DNA of 64,000 bases. It comes from the human T2T-CHM13v2.0 reference genome, Homo sapiens. Made by a program: the position numbers and the translations under genes. Under the pieces are notes generated by a model that was not told the origin of the DNA, did no database searches, and worked only from the letters and a program-made list of their open reading frames with translations. The DNA lies in assembly GCF_009914755.1 (NCBI RefSeq), contig NC_060945.1, one strand, 5' to 3'. Below, piece after piece: positions 26,501 to 38,487 of this stretch; position 1 is the first letter of the stretch; every line of letters begins with the position of its first letter.

Positions 26501-27143
26501 CTCCTGGGAGTTGTTCCTGGGTCAGAGGGGCTTACTGTCTACCCAGGAGCCTTGGGCACCCTGCCCTCTGCATCTGTCACCACCCAGAGCTCCTTCCTGG
26601 TCAGCAACACCCTTAGGCGTGAGAGCCCTCACACGAGCTCCAGACAAGGCGAGTCCCTTCTGGCAGAGCTATGGAGTTCTTCCTTTTTGCAGCCTACCGC
26701 TCCTGGGCAAGAGCTCCGTGTCAGGACACCAGAGATGGGGCAGGAGCAGCTTCAGCTTCTCAGGTGACATCTCTCTCTACTAGCAGGAGAGGGGCGTGCC
26801 TTTAGTTGTCTTGGCTCATTGAAACCTGTGCCAGCATTTTTTTATTAAGCTCCAAAAATATGCATTAATGAGATATAAAGTGCTACCATGGAGAATGTCC
26901 CAGGTACAGTGGGAAAAGCAGTCGTCTGCCGTATACCAACATACATTCATGATCTGGAAGGCTGCATGCTGCACCCCTTGTCCCCACCTGGTCCCTGTTT
27001 GCCTGTGAGGCCTCAGCCTACCTGTGCTGCCTCAGCCACCTGCCTGCCCATCTGAAGGCTGCCCTGGTCTCCAGCACTGTTCCCCCGTGAGTCTGATATT
27101 TTCCCATGTACCGACTTTTCTGTCTCTGCCACGTAACCCTCCA

Positions 27144-27217
27144 AGACCAAGGACTTCTCCCTCAGGTGCTGTGGGTGAGGGAGACCAAGGACTTCTCCCT
27201 CAGGTGCTGTGGGTGAG
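27144..27217. repeat. 38-bp-period tandem duplication
   Basis: agaccaaggacttctccctcaggtgctgtgggtgag at 27144 and 27182. Confidence 0.95.
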
Positions 27218-27302
27218 AGCACCTGGGGAGTTGCAGTCCAGCCTGGCACCTCTTGGTGCCCTGGCTGCCTTCTACCTCATCTGCATCCTGTCTCCTCTGT
27301 AA

Positions 27303-27792
27303 TGTGAAGGAGGCCATATTTTACCTCTACCTTCAAGGTTTTTAGGTTGGGCCTGAGATTTAGAATTACATAAAACAGATTAACAGGAGAAAAGCGTACC
27401 CATTCATTGAAGTTTTATGTGACATGGGAGCCTTATAAGGAAATGAAGACAAGGAAGTGGGAGAACTTTGTGCTTCTTTGAGAGGGTGAGAGGTTGAACG
27501 GAGGTGGTTGTGGAAAACTAAACCACGTGGGGAGGCTGCAGGAGGGGAGGGGTTGTGTTCACCAGGTGTGTCTGTACAGAGTGCTCTTGGCTCCTCTGAT
27601 CCATCCCTGATGATAAGAATGTCACTTACCTTCTGGTGTAGGAGGGCATCTTCCATATGGGGGTTTTATCTCCTTTCAGGAAAAACAGGGAGGGGGTTAA
27701 TATGCCCTCTTGGTACCTGCTATATTTTTAAGTGCCTTTAGCTCAAAATAATTAGTGACATGTTTTGGGGTGGCGTATTCTGACCCCCTTCA
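27303..27792 (-). mobile_element. ERV1 solo LTR, MER34/MER39-like
   Basis: Minus strand starts tgaagggggtcagaatacgccaccccaaaa; contains the same ttctcctgttaatc motif as the 21.4-21.9 kb LTR. Confidence 0.7.
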
Positions 27793-28433
27793 GAAACCTC
27801 TGTTGAGGTCGATGCTGCCTTCCCTGCCAAGGTCAGTGAGGCTTGCACATGAATGGGCTGGGCAGCACGGGGGTCAGGGACGGGGGGGTTCTGTCTCCTC
27901 ACGGTTTGGTCGGCAGCTGACTTGGAGGAACTGAAATCTTCATGCAGGGATGAGTGTGGCTCAGAACCAGACCTGGCAGAGAGGCTGCTGAGATGACTAG
28001 TTCTGATGGGATGTGGTCAGTCTGAGCTGAAAGAGCTGTCAGGCTGGGAGCTGCCTATCCTTCATCTGCTCAGCTGCAGGTTTCTTCTGTGACACAGGAG
28101 AATGTTGTAGAAAGAGTAAGACGAAATGGTTGGGAAGGAAATTTGGTTCTTGAGATACTGGTCCTGACTCCTGAAGAACCAGGAGTGAAGCCCGTCTGGT
28201 GATTGAAGGCAGGGAGCAGGTGGGCCTGGGCGCTGCGGGTCTGCCCTGGAGCTCTGGAACCGGAGGCTTCTGCTCTGGGAGGTGAGGGTTGTTTCCCCCA
28301 GGTCCTCCCGGGCAGAGAAGCTGGGGAATCCAGGTTCTTGTCTTGCATCTTCTCCTCACCTTTAACGTCCCTCTGAAACCACAGAGCAAGTCTCACACCT
28401 CTTCTTTTCGTCCGTTTTTGTTGGGGACATTAG

Positions 28434-28587
28434 GACTGGGCGTTCATCAACACCAACATCTTTGCCAGGACCAAGATAGACCCCAGCGCCTTGGTGCAGA
28501 AGCTGGAGCTGGACGTGAGGAGTGTCACTTCCGTCAGGAGAGGTGAGGCAGGCTCGAGTGCACGGAGCGTCCCTTCCATCAGGAGAG
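28434..28587 (+). CDS. SLX9: SLX9 coding exon 2 (DWAFINTNIF...VPSIRR); alternative in-frame donor after 28542
   Basis: Acceptor tag|GAC; donors GAG|gtgagg after 28542 and after 28587; 154 or 109 nt. Confidence 0.95.
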
Positions 28588-30425
28588 GTGAGGCAGGCTC
28601 GACGGGTTACCATGCTGATACCCAGCAGGTCTGGGATTGTTCCCTCAGGCACCCGAGGTCTCAGCAGCTTTCCAGCTAACCTGTACCTGACAATGTCCTT
28701 GAGCAAGGGATGCCCCTGGCTGTTTCTTGGGGCGATTCCCCAGAGTAGATTACAGCTGTGGTTTTGCCCCTGGGCTGCATCATGTCTCCGCAGCTCTGCA
28801 AGAACTGCTCTGCGTCCTGGCAGCCACGCTGAAGCCACAGGAACTTGGGCTTTGGTGACCAACAGGGTTTGAACTGTTTTCTCCGTGTGTGCTGATTCTT
28901 TCGGTCTGTCTGTATGTTTGGGGCAGTTTTGATCCTTTTCTTAAACAAGTGCTTTATGTGTTGCAGAGGTTAGCTGCTTATCATTTTGTACAAATAACTC
29001 TTGAGGGTTTAGATCCTGAAGCCGAAGCAGGGTCCTCTCAGTTTCATCAGATCCATGCGCAGCCCTTCCCGTCTCCTGGTTGTGCTCCTTGCAGCCCTGC
29101 AGCACACACGTCAGCCTGGCCAGTGAGAGGGTCTGGGAACTCCCACTCACTCCAGTGTCCGGAGCTTAGCAGGGAACGCCGTCCCCCTGCACCTCCTACT
29201 GAGTCTGAGGTGTTTTAGAGAGTTCCCGGCCACCATGGTCAATGCTGGGAGTGTTGACTTTCTGGCTGGAGGATGGTGAGCAGTGTCACTTCCCAGGGAT
29301 AAATCCAGGAAAAAGCTTCCTTCACTCATCTAAGGGAGTCGGTGAGGAGCACAAGGAATACTTTTTACATCTTGACAGCCTTGGGAAGTCATAGGTTGGG
29401 GAGGGAGAGGGCCTGGCTGTGGGGGCAGAGCTCAGGGCACCAGTGTGACAGTGAAGACTGCATGTGGCTTCACAGTCGGCAGAGCTGGGAGCGCCAGGAC
29501 AGGGCAGGAGCCGGGTCTGGGGCCTGTAGATGGCCCGTTAAGATCGTGGGCTCTGGGCCTCTGCCCCTCACCGCCTGGTAGCCTCTGGCTGGACACTTGA
29601 TCGCTCTGGGCCTGGGCTTTGCATCTGTCAAAGGAGGTAACAGTATTTATCTCCTAAGTTCTGGCAGTTTTGAGTTTGAGATGAGGTAGTTGGTGTGAAA
29701 CGTTTAAAACAGTGCAGTGAAGGCTGTGGAGGCGCCCGCTCTGCATCTGTTGAACGAGGCTGGTCTGGTGGGAAGGCTGGGGACGAGTGGGTTTTGCAGC
29801 TGCCCAGAGGTGGGCCAGCCCTAATTCCTTGGGCACAAGTCATGTGATCACGGGTGCTCTGTGACCCTTAGCTCCATTGTCCACAAAGCGGCGACAGACA
29901 TAGCTCATAGATGCTAAGGGCCTCACTGTGCCTCTAGAAAGATCCAGGTACATTTAACCAGTGCAGGTTTCCTGCTCCTTCTCTCCAAGGAGGACCTGGT
30001 GAGGTGACCAGGCCAGGTAACTCCAGAGAGAAGCTGTGCCTTCCAGCCAGGAACGCTTGATGTGGGTGGTCCGCCCGAGCTGTGTCCCTGGTTGCTGACA
30101 AGGCCCTTAAGGCTGTCCCCAAGGGGATGGGAGTCGTGGGTCTCAGTGACCTGGCTCTGGCCTGAGCTTCTCAGAGCTCTTTCACACAGCAGCCTCTTTC
30201 CTCTGCCTTTTCTTGGCCCTCTCCCTTCAAGCCCCTGTGGCTCATCTGGTCCCCAAGGTCACCTGCTGCACTGACTGTCACGTCCCCTCTTCCCCTCCTA
30301 ATTTAGGGAGACGTCACGCTCACGACCCGTCTTGCCTACCAGGGAAACTCCTCTTTAGCAACATCTGGCCTCGCAGCGTTCTTGGGCTGAGGTCGTGCCC
30401 AGCAGCCCTGTGGCCTCTCCTTTGA

Positions 30426-30784
<359 letters not shown>

Positions 30785-32264
30785 GGTCTTTGTTTTTCGT
30801 AAGCTCAAACCTCATTAATTTAGAGTAACTGGTGGGAGAGGGTAGAAGCTTGAACTTTACAATGTCAAAGATTGATTTCAAATTTCAGAACCATGTTATC
30901 AGAGTAGAGCATAGAAGTGTTTTCTTGAAATAATTGAACAATAAGTTGAAAAAATTTGAAGATTCTATTGTTTGTGAGTCTGTTGGGTAATTAATTTTTT
31001 TCTTAATTCACATACCCTTATTTGTGCATAAAAATCTTAAAGCTTGTGCTGACGGGACTGTAGCGTGGCCCGTTCTGGCGCTCCCCAGCCCTGAGCTCGT
31101 GCTGACAGTAGCGTGGCCCGTTCTGGCGCTTCCTGCTTGTGTGCAGGTGTTTCCCATAGCCCGCCTTGAGGGGCACGAGGATGGGAATTATTTGAGCCGT
31201 GCGGCAGGGTCAGGGTTTTGGGTGTTGGGGAGGAGCCTTGGCCTGGGGAGGCACTTAGTGCTTCTGGCCAGGAGCCGGTGGCTTTGTGCACTGCCCATGG
31301 CTGTGATTTCTGCCTTGGTGCCCCAGGGGGATTCAGGAGAAGGTGCTCCAAAATGGTGCCTTGGAGGTTGTCCCTGAGGTGTGTTCCAGGAGGCTGTCCT
31401 GTGGGAGGGGCGTTCTGAGCTCATCGCCGCGGGCCCCCATTACAGCCCTCCTGGAGCGAGGCCTCTGGCCAGCCGTCTCTGGCTGTGGCTCTCAGCCCAG
31501 GGTTCTGGTGCATATTCCTTCCACCGCCCTGCTGTGGGTTTTCTGCACTGAAGAGCCCCGGGCTGGATGAAGGGGACCATGGGACCTCACAGAGGGCTCA
31601 GACGGAGGGACAGGCCTCCACTTCCCCTGCCCTGGGATGTGAAGCACCAGCTTGGCAGGGTGGCAGGGCCCACAGACCCTCATGGGTGGGACCTGCAGAC
31701 CCTTAGAGGAGTAGCCCCACAGGCGGAGGGGCTTGCCCTGGTCTGGGGGCCCCAGCCCCTTTTCTTCAGGCCTCCGAGGTATCCAGGCGCCTCAGTGGGG
31801 TCCTTTGCATCTTGGCTGCTCCTCACCATGTTCCTCCCTCTCTCCAGGAACAGTTCTGTTTTTTTGGTGTGGTCTCCTCAGCTCCTGATTGGCTGGTGCC
31901 CTGCGTCCCTACCCCCACCCCACCCCGGGTTTGTGCTGGGGCCTGAGTGCCCATGTCATGCAGATACTGCATCCTGTGACTTGGCCGCCACCCTTCAATG
32001 ACCCGCCTGGCTATGGAGGTGAGGTGGCGGCCTGTGGGTGCCTGTCTGCCTGGCTTAGTGCAACACCGCCTTCCCAAGATGTGTCTCATCGTCCGTGCCC
32101 TGCCTGAGTCAGGAATAGCACTGCATGCTGCGTCTCTGGCCAAGGAGCTGGGTGGCCCAGGGGAGGGGTCTAGGCTGTGGCCCATCACCTGGTGGACACC
32201 CGTGTGCCCATCTGCACCCCTCCTCCCCCACTCTAGCCCTGGGAAGTGGTGGGGCTTGTTAGTC

Positions 32265-32400
32265 CCTGTGACTGACAAGTTCGTGGCATCGTTCCTATCC
32301 TGTGACTGACAAGTTCATGGCATCGTTCCTATCCTGTGACTGACAAGTTCATGGCATCGTTCCTATCCTGTGACTGACAAGTTCATGGCATCGTTCCTAT
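32265..32400. repeat. 34-bp VNTR, 4 units (cctgtgactgacaagttcatggcatcgttcctat)
   Basis: Unit starts at 32265, 32299, 32333, 32367. Confidence 0.97.
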
Positions 32401-32916
32401 GTTTTTTTTCAAGCCCTTCGGATCCCAGCTCGCCAGGAAGCCACATCTGACCCCCTGTTCCCTTCCTGTGCCCTGGAGCCTGCCTTACCCTTACGGGCAT
32501 CCTGGGAGGGACCCTCTGAGCTCTGCAGCCTCCTGCTACGGGAGGAGGAGGGCATGGGTGCAGGGCTGAGGCTGGCCTAGAGTCCCCTCCCCGCCCCAGC
32601 TCTCTAAGACCCCCTGCACCTCCCCAGCAGGACTCAGCTTTGCCTGTGGGCCGGGTTGTGCATGCAGGGGCTTTGCGGCAGCCTGTGGACCCCATGTCGG
32701 GGCTACAGCTCCTCCATGTCCGCTCTGGGGGTGGCGAGGGACCTGTGGCAGAGCCGGGGTGAGCACCCGTCTCCTGAGCCTCCCCCAACGCAGTGCCACC
32801 TGCTGTGCGTGCTGTGTGGCCAGCTCTAGCTGGCTTGTGCAATACCAGAGCCTGGCAGCCGGCCGGGTGTCCAGTGGTGGCTGATCCTCCAGCCTTGGGC
32901 ACGGCTCCAATCCTTG

Positions 32917-33233
32917 GCATCGGACATCCGGGGAGCTGGTCATGCAGCATCGGGCGATCGGGCATCCGGGGAGGTGGTCGTGGAGCATCGGGCGGTCCGG
33001 GAATCTGGTCGTGGAGCATCGGGCGGTCCGGGGAGCTGGTCGTGAAGCATCGGGCGGTCCGGGGAGCTGGTCGTGGAGCATCGGGCGGTCCGGGGAGCTG
33101 GTCGTGGAGCATCGGGCGTCCGGGGAGCTGGTCGTGGAGCATCGGGCGTCCGGGGAGCTGGTCATGCAGCATCGGGCGGTCCGGGGAGCTGGTCGTGGAG
33201 CACCGGGCGTCTGGGGAGCTGGTCATGGAGCAC
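32917..33233. repeat. CpG-rich 30-31-bp VNTR, ~10 units (tccggggagctggtcgtggagcatcgggcgg)
   Basis: Unit starts at 32927, 32965, 32996, 33027, 33058, 33089, 33119, 33149, 33180, 33210. Confidence 0.96.
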
Positions 33234-35665
33234 GCTTAGAATTGGATTTCTAGTTCTGTGTTCCTTCATACCAGAAAACGAGCCCACCTGTTTTCAGACA
33301 GGCACTTGGGACTCAAGCTCAGAGACACAGGCAGGGTGGGGCAAGGCCTGGTATGGACTCAGAGCCGGGTGGGGCTGGGGGCCCCTGGAGCAGAGGATGT
33401 TGGGAGGCCTGTCACCATTGCTGGAGAGGGAGCTCACAGCATGGTGGACGGCTTGGGGGCGGTGGGGGCATGAGAGGCGCCGGTGGTGGTACAGGATTTT
33501 GGGGGTGTTGCTTTTCTGGCCAGATACCTGTGGCCGGTGGCACCTTTGCTTGAGTTTTGTCCAGGCCCACTGGGCTCATTTCACCTACTTGGCCTGGCAG
33601 GCTGAGCTCAGCTCATGCTACTGGCCTGGATCTCATGCCTCCAAGGGAGACTGGAGTCAGGCGTGGAGCGGTGAAGTGTGTGTGTGAGCAAGTGTGGGGT
33701 CCGGCCATTGCAGGCCAGCGCCAGGCCACCCTCAGCCCCCGCCTTGGCTTCCTCCCAGAGCTTGTTGATGCCCAAGGTCCAGAGGGGGCCAAGGTGGCAG
33801 GGCCTGAGTGTGTGCACACCCGGCCGGGCTCTGACAGCACCTGGGCTCAGCCCCAACCCCCCTTTGAGATTGGAGTGGGCGTTGGAAGCAGGGAGAGGCC
33901 AGGCAGCAAGAGCAGGCATCTCTGAGTCTGCAAGGGTAAGAGTGCAGAGAGGCCAGGGTCCCGAGCCCCGACTTGGCTGCTGCTTGCTCCCGCTCCTGCT
34001 GGCTCTGTGGAGCATGCAGCCCTGGCTCCCCCTCGCACGGTTTGTGGCCTTGCCCGGGGGCTGCTCCTGATCAGGGAGTGGATTGTGGGCCCTGGGCCCT
34101 GGGCCCGGCTGTCAGGAGTGTCGGGCCTGGCAGTCACACCGATGTGGGGTGGATCCTAGGGATGCAGCCCAGGCGGCCCTGCACCATAGCCTCCTCCAGA
34201 GGAACCCAGCACCCTCGGCCGGGTGGACACAGGGACCACACTGCTGTCCGGGTCCCCAAAGCGCGGCCCCAGCTCCGCCTACCCCCCAGAACCCTCTGTG
34301 CAGCAGCAGCAGGCCAGAGCGCACCATGGAGCCAGGCTCTGAAGCCACAGAGGCCTACTCTTAGACGCCGGGCACAGGGCACCCACCGCCGCCATTGCTG
34401 CTCCGGCAGCCACTCCTGCCGCTTCTGCCTGCGCCTTCCGGCTGTGTACGACCTGCTGCTGCTGTCAGTGGAACACGTCTGCGTCTGCAGGCGTGTTGGA
34501 CTGGGTGACGAGGCCACCAGGCTGTGGTGCAAGGACATCCCAAGCTCCTGCACCCAGCCCTTGGGCAGGGCTGGCTCTCCCGGTCAGCACAGAGCGCTGC
34601 CCAGGTGATTGTACCTGCTTAGACCCCACTCCACCCCCAGGCACCTGCGGTGGAGGGACCTGCGGTGGAGGGCGCGACCTTGGCTTCCTGGCCGTCCCTC
34701 TGCCCTGGTGATCTGGCCAGCAGAGGGCAGCAGAGCTGTGTCCTTGTCAGGTCAGCCCAGGTGTGGGACAGTCCCGGGATAGAGACGCAGGCTCTCCCTC
34801 CTGCCTTGCACAGCGGAGACTTGGGAAGTCCCAGCTCCTCATCAGACAGTACAGACTCTGGGGTTACAGGGTTGTCTTCAGGGATTTTTTTTTTTTTTAA
34901 AATAACTGGAAAATGGCAGAAAATGAGCCTTGCCCCACCCTGCCTGTGTCTCTGGGCTTGAGTCCCAGGTGCCTGCCTGAAAACAGAATGAGCTCATTTT
35001 CTGCTATTTTCCAGTATCTCAAAAAAAAAAAATCCCTTTTTTAAGACCTTTTTTTACAGTTGTGAAGTCAAGGGTATGACAGAAACCATGCAGAATGTAC
35101 TTGTTGCTTATATCTACTCCCAAGTTAAAATAAGAACAAACTGACGGGGAGGTTACATGGAGATGGCTCTGTGGAAGCGAGGCTTGGGGTCAGATGGCCT
35201 CGGCTTGGCCGCAGCTCCCTGTGCGTCACCTGCCTTGGCTGCGTGGTGCGGCGGCTGGGAGTGGTGCGCCTTCTTACCTGCGCTCCTGCGGAGAGTGTGG
35301 CCGTGCCAGCCGGTATGTTGGGAGCCCAATGACTTGTTTCTTAAGCCAGGCATCCTTGTGAGCCACATGTTGTTGAGACGCTAGACCAGGGGTCGGAGGT
35401 GTGGCCTATGCCAGTCCGGCTGGGAGCGTGGCCCTGTTGGTGGCGCTTCTCAGGCCCACGGTCACGCAGTCACATGGTGCCATGCTGAGGCATTTGACTT
35501 GGACCAGACATAGTGCTGTTTCCTCCCATCTTAGTGGGAGTCAGGAGCCAGCCAGGGCCTCTGGGGTTCTAGCCTCCTGCACCTCCTTGCCGGCGTCCTC
35601 AGGGTTTCTGCGATCAGCTCCTTCATCTGCGAAAGGGGGGTGTCGGGGGGCTGCTGTAGAACTGC

Positions 35666-35979
35666 TGTGGGTTTATCCTCATAGAACTTTGAGCACAGAG
35701 ACTGGCCCAGGCGGGTGTGGGCTGCACCTGTGCCTGAGGATCACGGTGACTCCACCTGGTCCCTGTCCTGGAGCACGTGGCGGCGACTGGGTACACGTGT
35801 CGTGGGCACAGTGCAGCAGGCTAAGCTTTCATCGGATTAAAGTCGCCGGTTTGATTTAAAGGCCTTAAAAATGGTTTAAACACACAGCAGCAGCAGAACA
35901 CACAGGAGAAGATTCCTCTGGGCTTGGCCAGCCTCTTCTGTGCCTGTGTCTCATGGCCTGGCTCCTGTTCACTCAGGTT
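35666..35979 (+). repeat. 314-bp direct duplication, copy 1
   Basis: Identical by eye to 36659-36972 except T35827 vs C36820. Confidence 0.97.
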
Positions 35980-36658
35980 GAGATGAAACCGTGGCTGCTG
36001 CCATACTGGGCGCAGAGGAGGCTCCCATCTCCTGGTGGCGCTGAAGCCCACAGCCATCCAAGGGACCAACATCTTGCAGCATCGCGCAGGGAGGTAGGAG
36101 AGAGGCAGGGAAAGTGGGCATGGATGGCCCTGGCTTGCTGCACAGCCTGGGAGGAAGCAGGGGGACAGGCTGTGGATGTGGCCCTTGCCGGTCCTGTTCA
36201 AGTCCCAGCTCTACCATCTGGATCCAGGGGCTGAGTCCTCAGCGCACGGGGCGAACGGCCGCGTCTTTGCCCACCGTGCCTCACTCACTGTCATGCCTGT
36301 GGCTGAGACTTGAAGGTTAGGGATCAACTTTTACCTAAAATTACTTCTGTAGAAAATAACATTTCATGATTGAGAAAGCAGCGCGTATGCACACATTGCA
36401 GAATAGACAAATACGCAACATTGGGAGATAAAAGCCAGGCCCTGCCCCCGGAGCCGCCCGAGCGCGCTGTGTGGGCACCATCTCTCACTGCCCGAGGGCA
36501 CTGTGTGGGCACCATCTCTCGCCTACAGGTGTTCTCGCCCAGGCCTGCTGCACGTGCCAATCACTAACCGGGGCGGGGCATCTCAGGAAAGGCCCTTAGC
36601 TAGCAGTGTCTTCAGGAGCCCTTGCTGCTCTTTGTCCGAGCAGGGTTCGCCCGTCGTG

Positions 36659-36972
36659 TGTGGGTTTATCCTCATAGAACTTTGAGCACAGAGACTGGCC
36701 CAGGCGGGTGTGGGCTGCACCTGTGCCTGAGGATCACGGTGACTCCACCTGGTCCCTGTCCTGGAGCACGTGGCGGCGACTGGGTACACGTGTCGTGGGC
36801 ACAGTGCAGCAGGCTAAGCCTTCATCGGATTAAAGTCGCCGGTTTGATTTAAAGGCCTTAAAAATGGTTTAAACACACAGCAGCAGCAGAACACACAGGA
36901 GAAGATTCCTCTGGGCTTGGCCAGCCTCTTCTGTGCCTGTGTCTCATGGCCTGGCTCCTGTTCACTCAGGTT
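36659..36972 (+). repeat. 314-bp direct duplication, copy 2
   Basis: 993-bp offset from copy 1; ends in tandem ttcactcagg ttcactcagg. Confidence 0.97.
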
Positions 36973-37349
36973 CACTCAGGCCTTTGTGGGCCGTGCAAGT
37001 CTGGATCTCACCGGCTTGCCGAGGTCCCTGGGCCGCTGTCTTGGGCTTGCGCTGCTCGCCCCCGGGAAGCTCAGCCACTGCCTTTTTCTATTTGCCAGAC
37101 AGCAATCGGCAGCTTCCCTGGCCACTCAGGGAGTGACTCCTCCTCATCAGAGCTGTCTGCTGTCAGGGCTGATGTTTAAGTTGTTTCTGGAACTTTCACA
37201 TCAGAGTGTGTGGCCTGATCACCTTGGGCCTGGCCTGGGGATTCCCGGGGCCGCCTTCCATCACCAGAAGGTTGGCCCCAGGGCCCTCCTTCTCCCCTGC
37301 AGGTCTGGCCCCAGCTGCTTCAGGACCGCCCTCCCATGGGGGATGCTGT

Positions 37350-37454
37350 GCCCAGCAGAGGTCTTTTGGCCGAGTGGACAGTTGGGGTTATGTGGCCCCA
37401 CGCCCAGCAGAGGTCTTTTGGCTGGGTGGACAGTTGGGGTTGTGTGGCCCCACG
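37350..37454. repeat. 52-bp tandem duplication
   Basis: gcccagcagaggtcttttggc...ggacagttggggtt.tgtggccccac at 37350 and 37402. Confidence 0.93.
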
Positions 37455-38219
37455 GGACCCTCCCTCGTTTGGGGTGCTGCTATGTGGGTGTCCGTGTCAT
37501 GTGCTCCGGGCGCCCCCCTGCCTAGGAGACGGCGGGGCAGTGTCTGAGCATGTGGGTTGCTATTTCTGAACCTGGCACTTGGAGCTCGGTGGCTGGAGCT
37601 ATTTAAGGTTCTTGACATGTTCGGTTGGTGGGGCCTGGCTGGCAGCATCCTGCTGAGGCCATCTGCACGTCACTGTCCTCATCGACAGCTGGGGTGGGAG
37701 GGCAGCTGAGTGTTTTCAAATGGAAACTTAGGGGTGAGCAGGGAAGGGCTGGGGCCCCAGGTGCCACTGTATTCTGGGTGTGGCACTCATTCTGACTTGC
37801 AGGTGCCATCCTGAGACTAGGAGGTCCCCAGGGCCCTGCCTCTGGCAGCCTCCCCCTTGGCATCCCACCTGGTGTGTTTTCCAGACCCCGCCTGGCAAGG
37901 CCCAGGCCGAGCCTGTGCAGCAGGCTCTCCTCATTCACTCCTCAGACACTACTCCTCATGGGAGGTGGCAGCGAGTGCCCCCCGGCTACAGGGCTATCCC
38001 TTCCTCTGTGGGCGCGTGGCCGGCCTGTCATGTTCAGGGGCCCTGGGCACTGTGGTTTTCTGATGTGTGCTTGTCTGAGGTGTAGGCAGGTCGTGGAGGC
38101 TGTCTTGCGAGGTTCCCTAGGTGGGGCCCCCAGACTAGCTGAACCCACCAAGAGCTGCGAGTGGCTGTACCTCCCAGAGCAGGACGCCTCTAGGTGAGCA
38201 GCACAGCCACTCCCTCGGG

Positions 38220-38372
38220 CACCATCCCCGGCGGTGGGGCCCTGCGTCCGGGCCTCGGGAGCCTGTCCTGCACCATCCCCGGCGGTGGGGCCCTGCATCC
38301 GGGCCTCGGGAGCCTGTCCTGCACCATCCCCGGCGGTGGGGCCCTGCATCCGGGCCTCGGGAGCCTGTCCTG
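38220..38372. repeat. 51-bp VNTR, 3 units
   Basis: caccatccccggcggtggggccctgc[g/a]tccgggcctcgggagcctgtcctg at 38220, 38271, 38322. Confidence 0.96.
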
Positions 38373-38487
38373 TGTTGACTTAGGACTGAAGCAGTTCTCT
38401 GGGGCTTCTTCCTTTCCAGGTGGGATGGGGTAGTTTGGGCAGATGCTGAGGACACAGGCCAGGTGTGGCTCAGGAGGCCAGGAGTGC

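Noticed and set aside
32363-33253. 287-aa and related repetitive ORFs
   Set aside because: Translations of the 34-bp and 30-31-bp VNTRs
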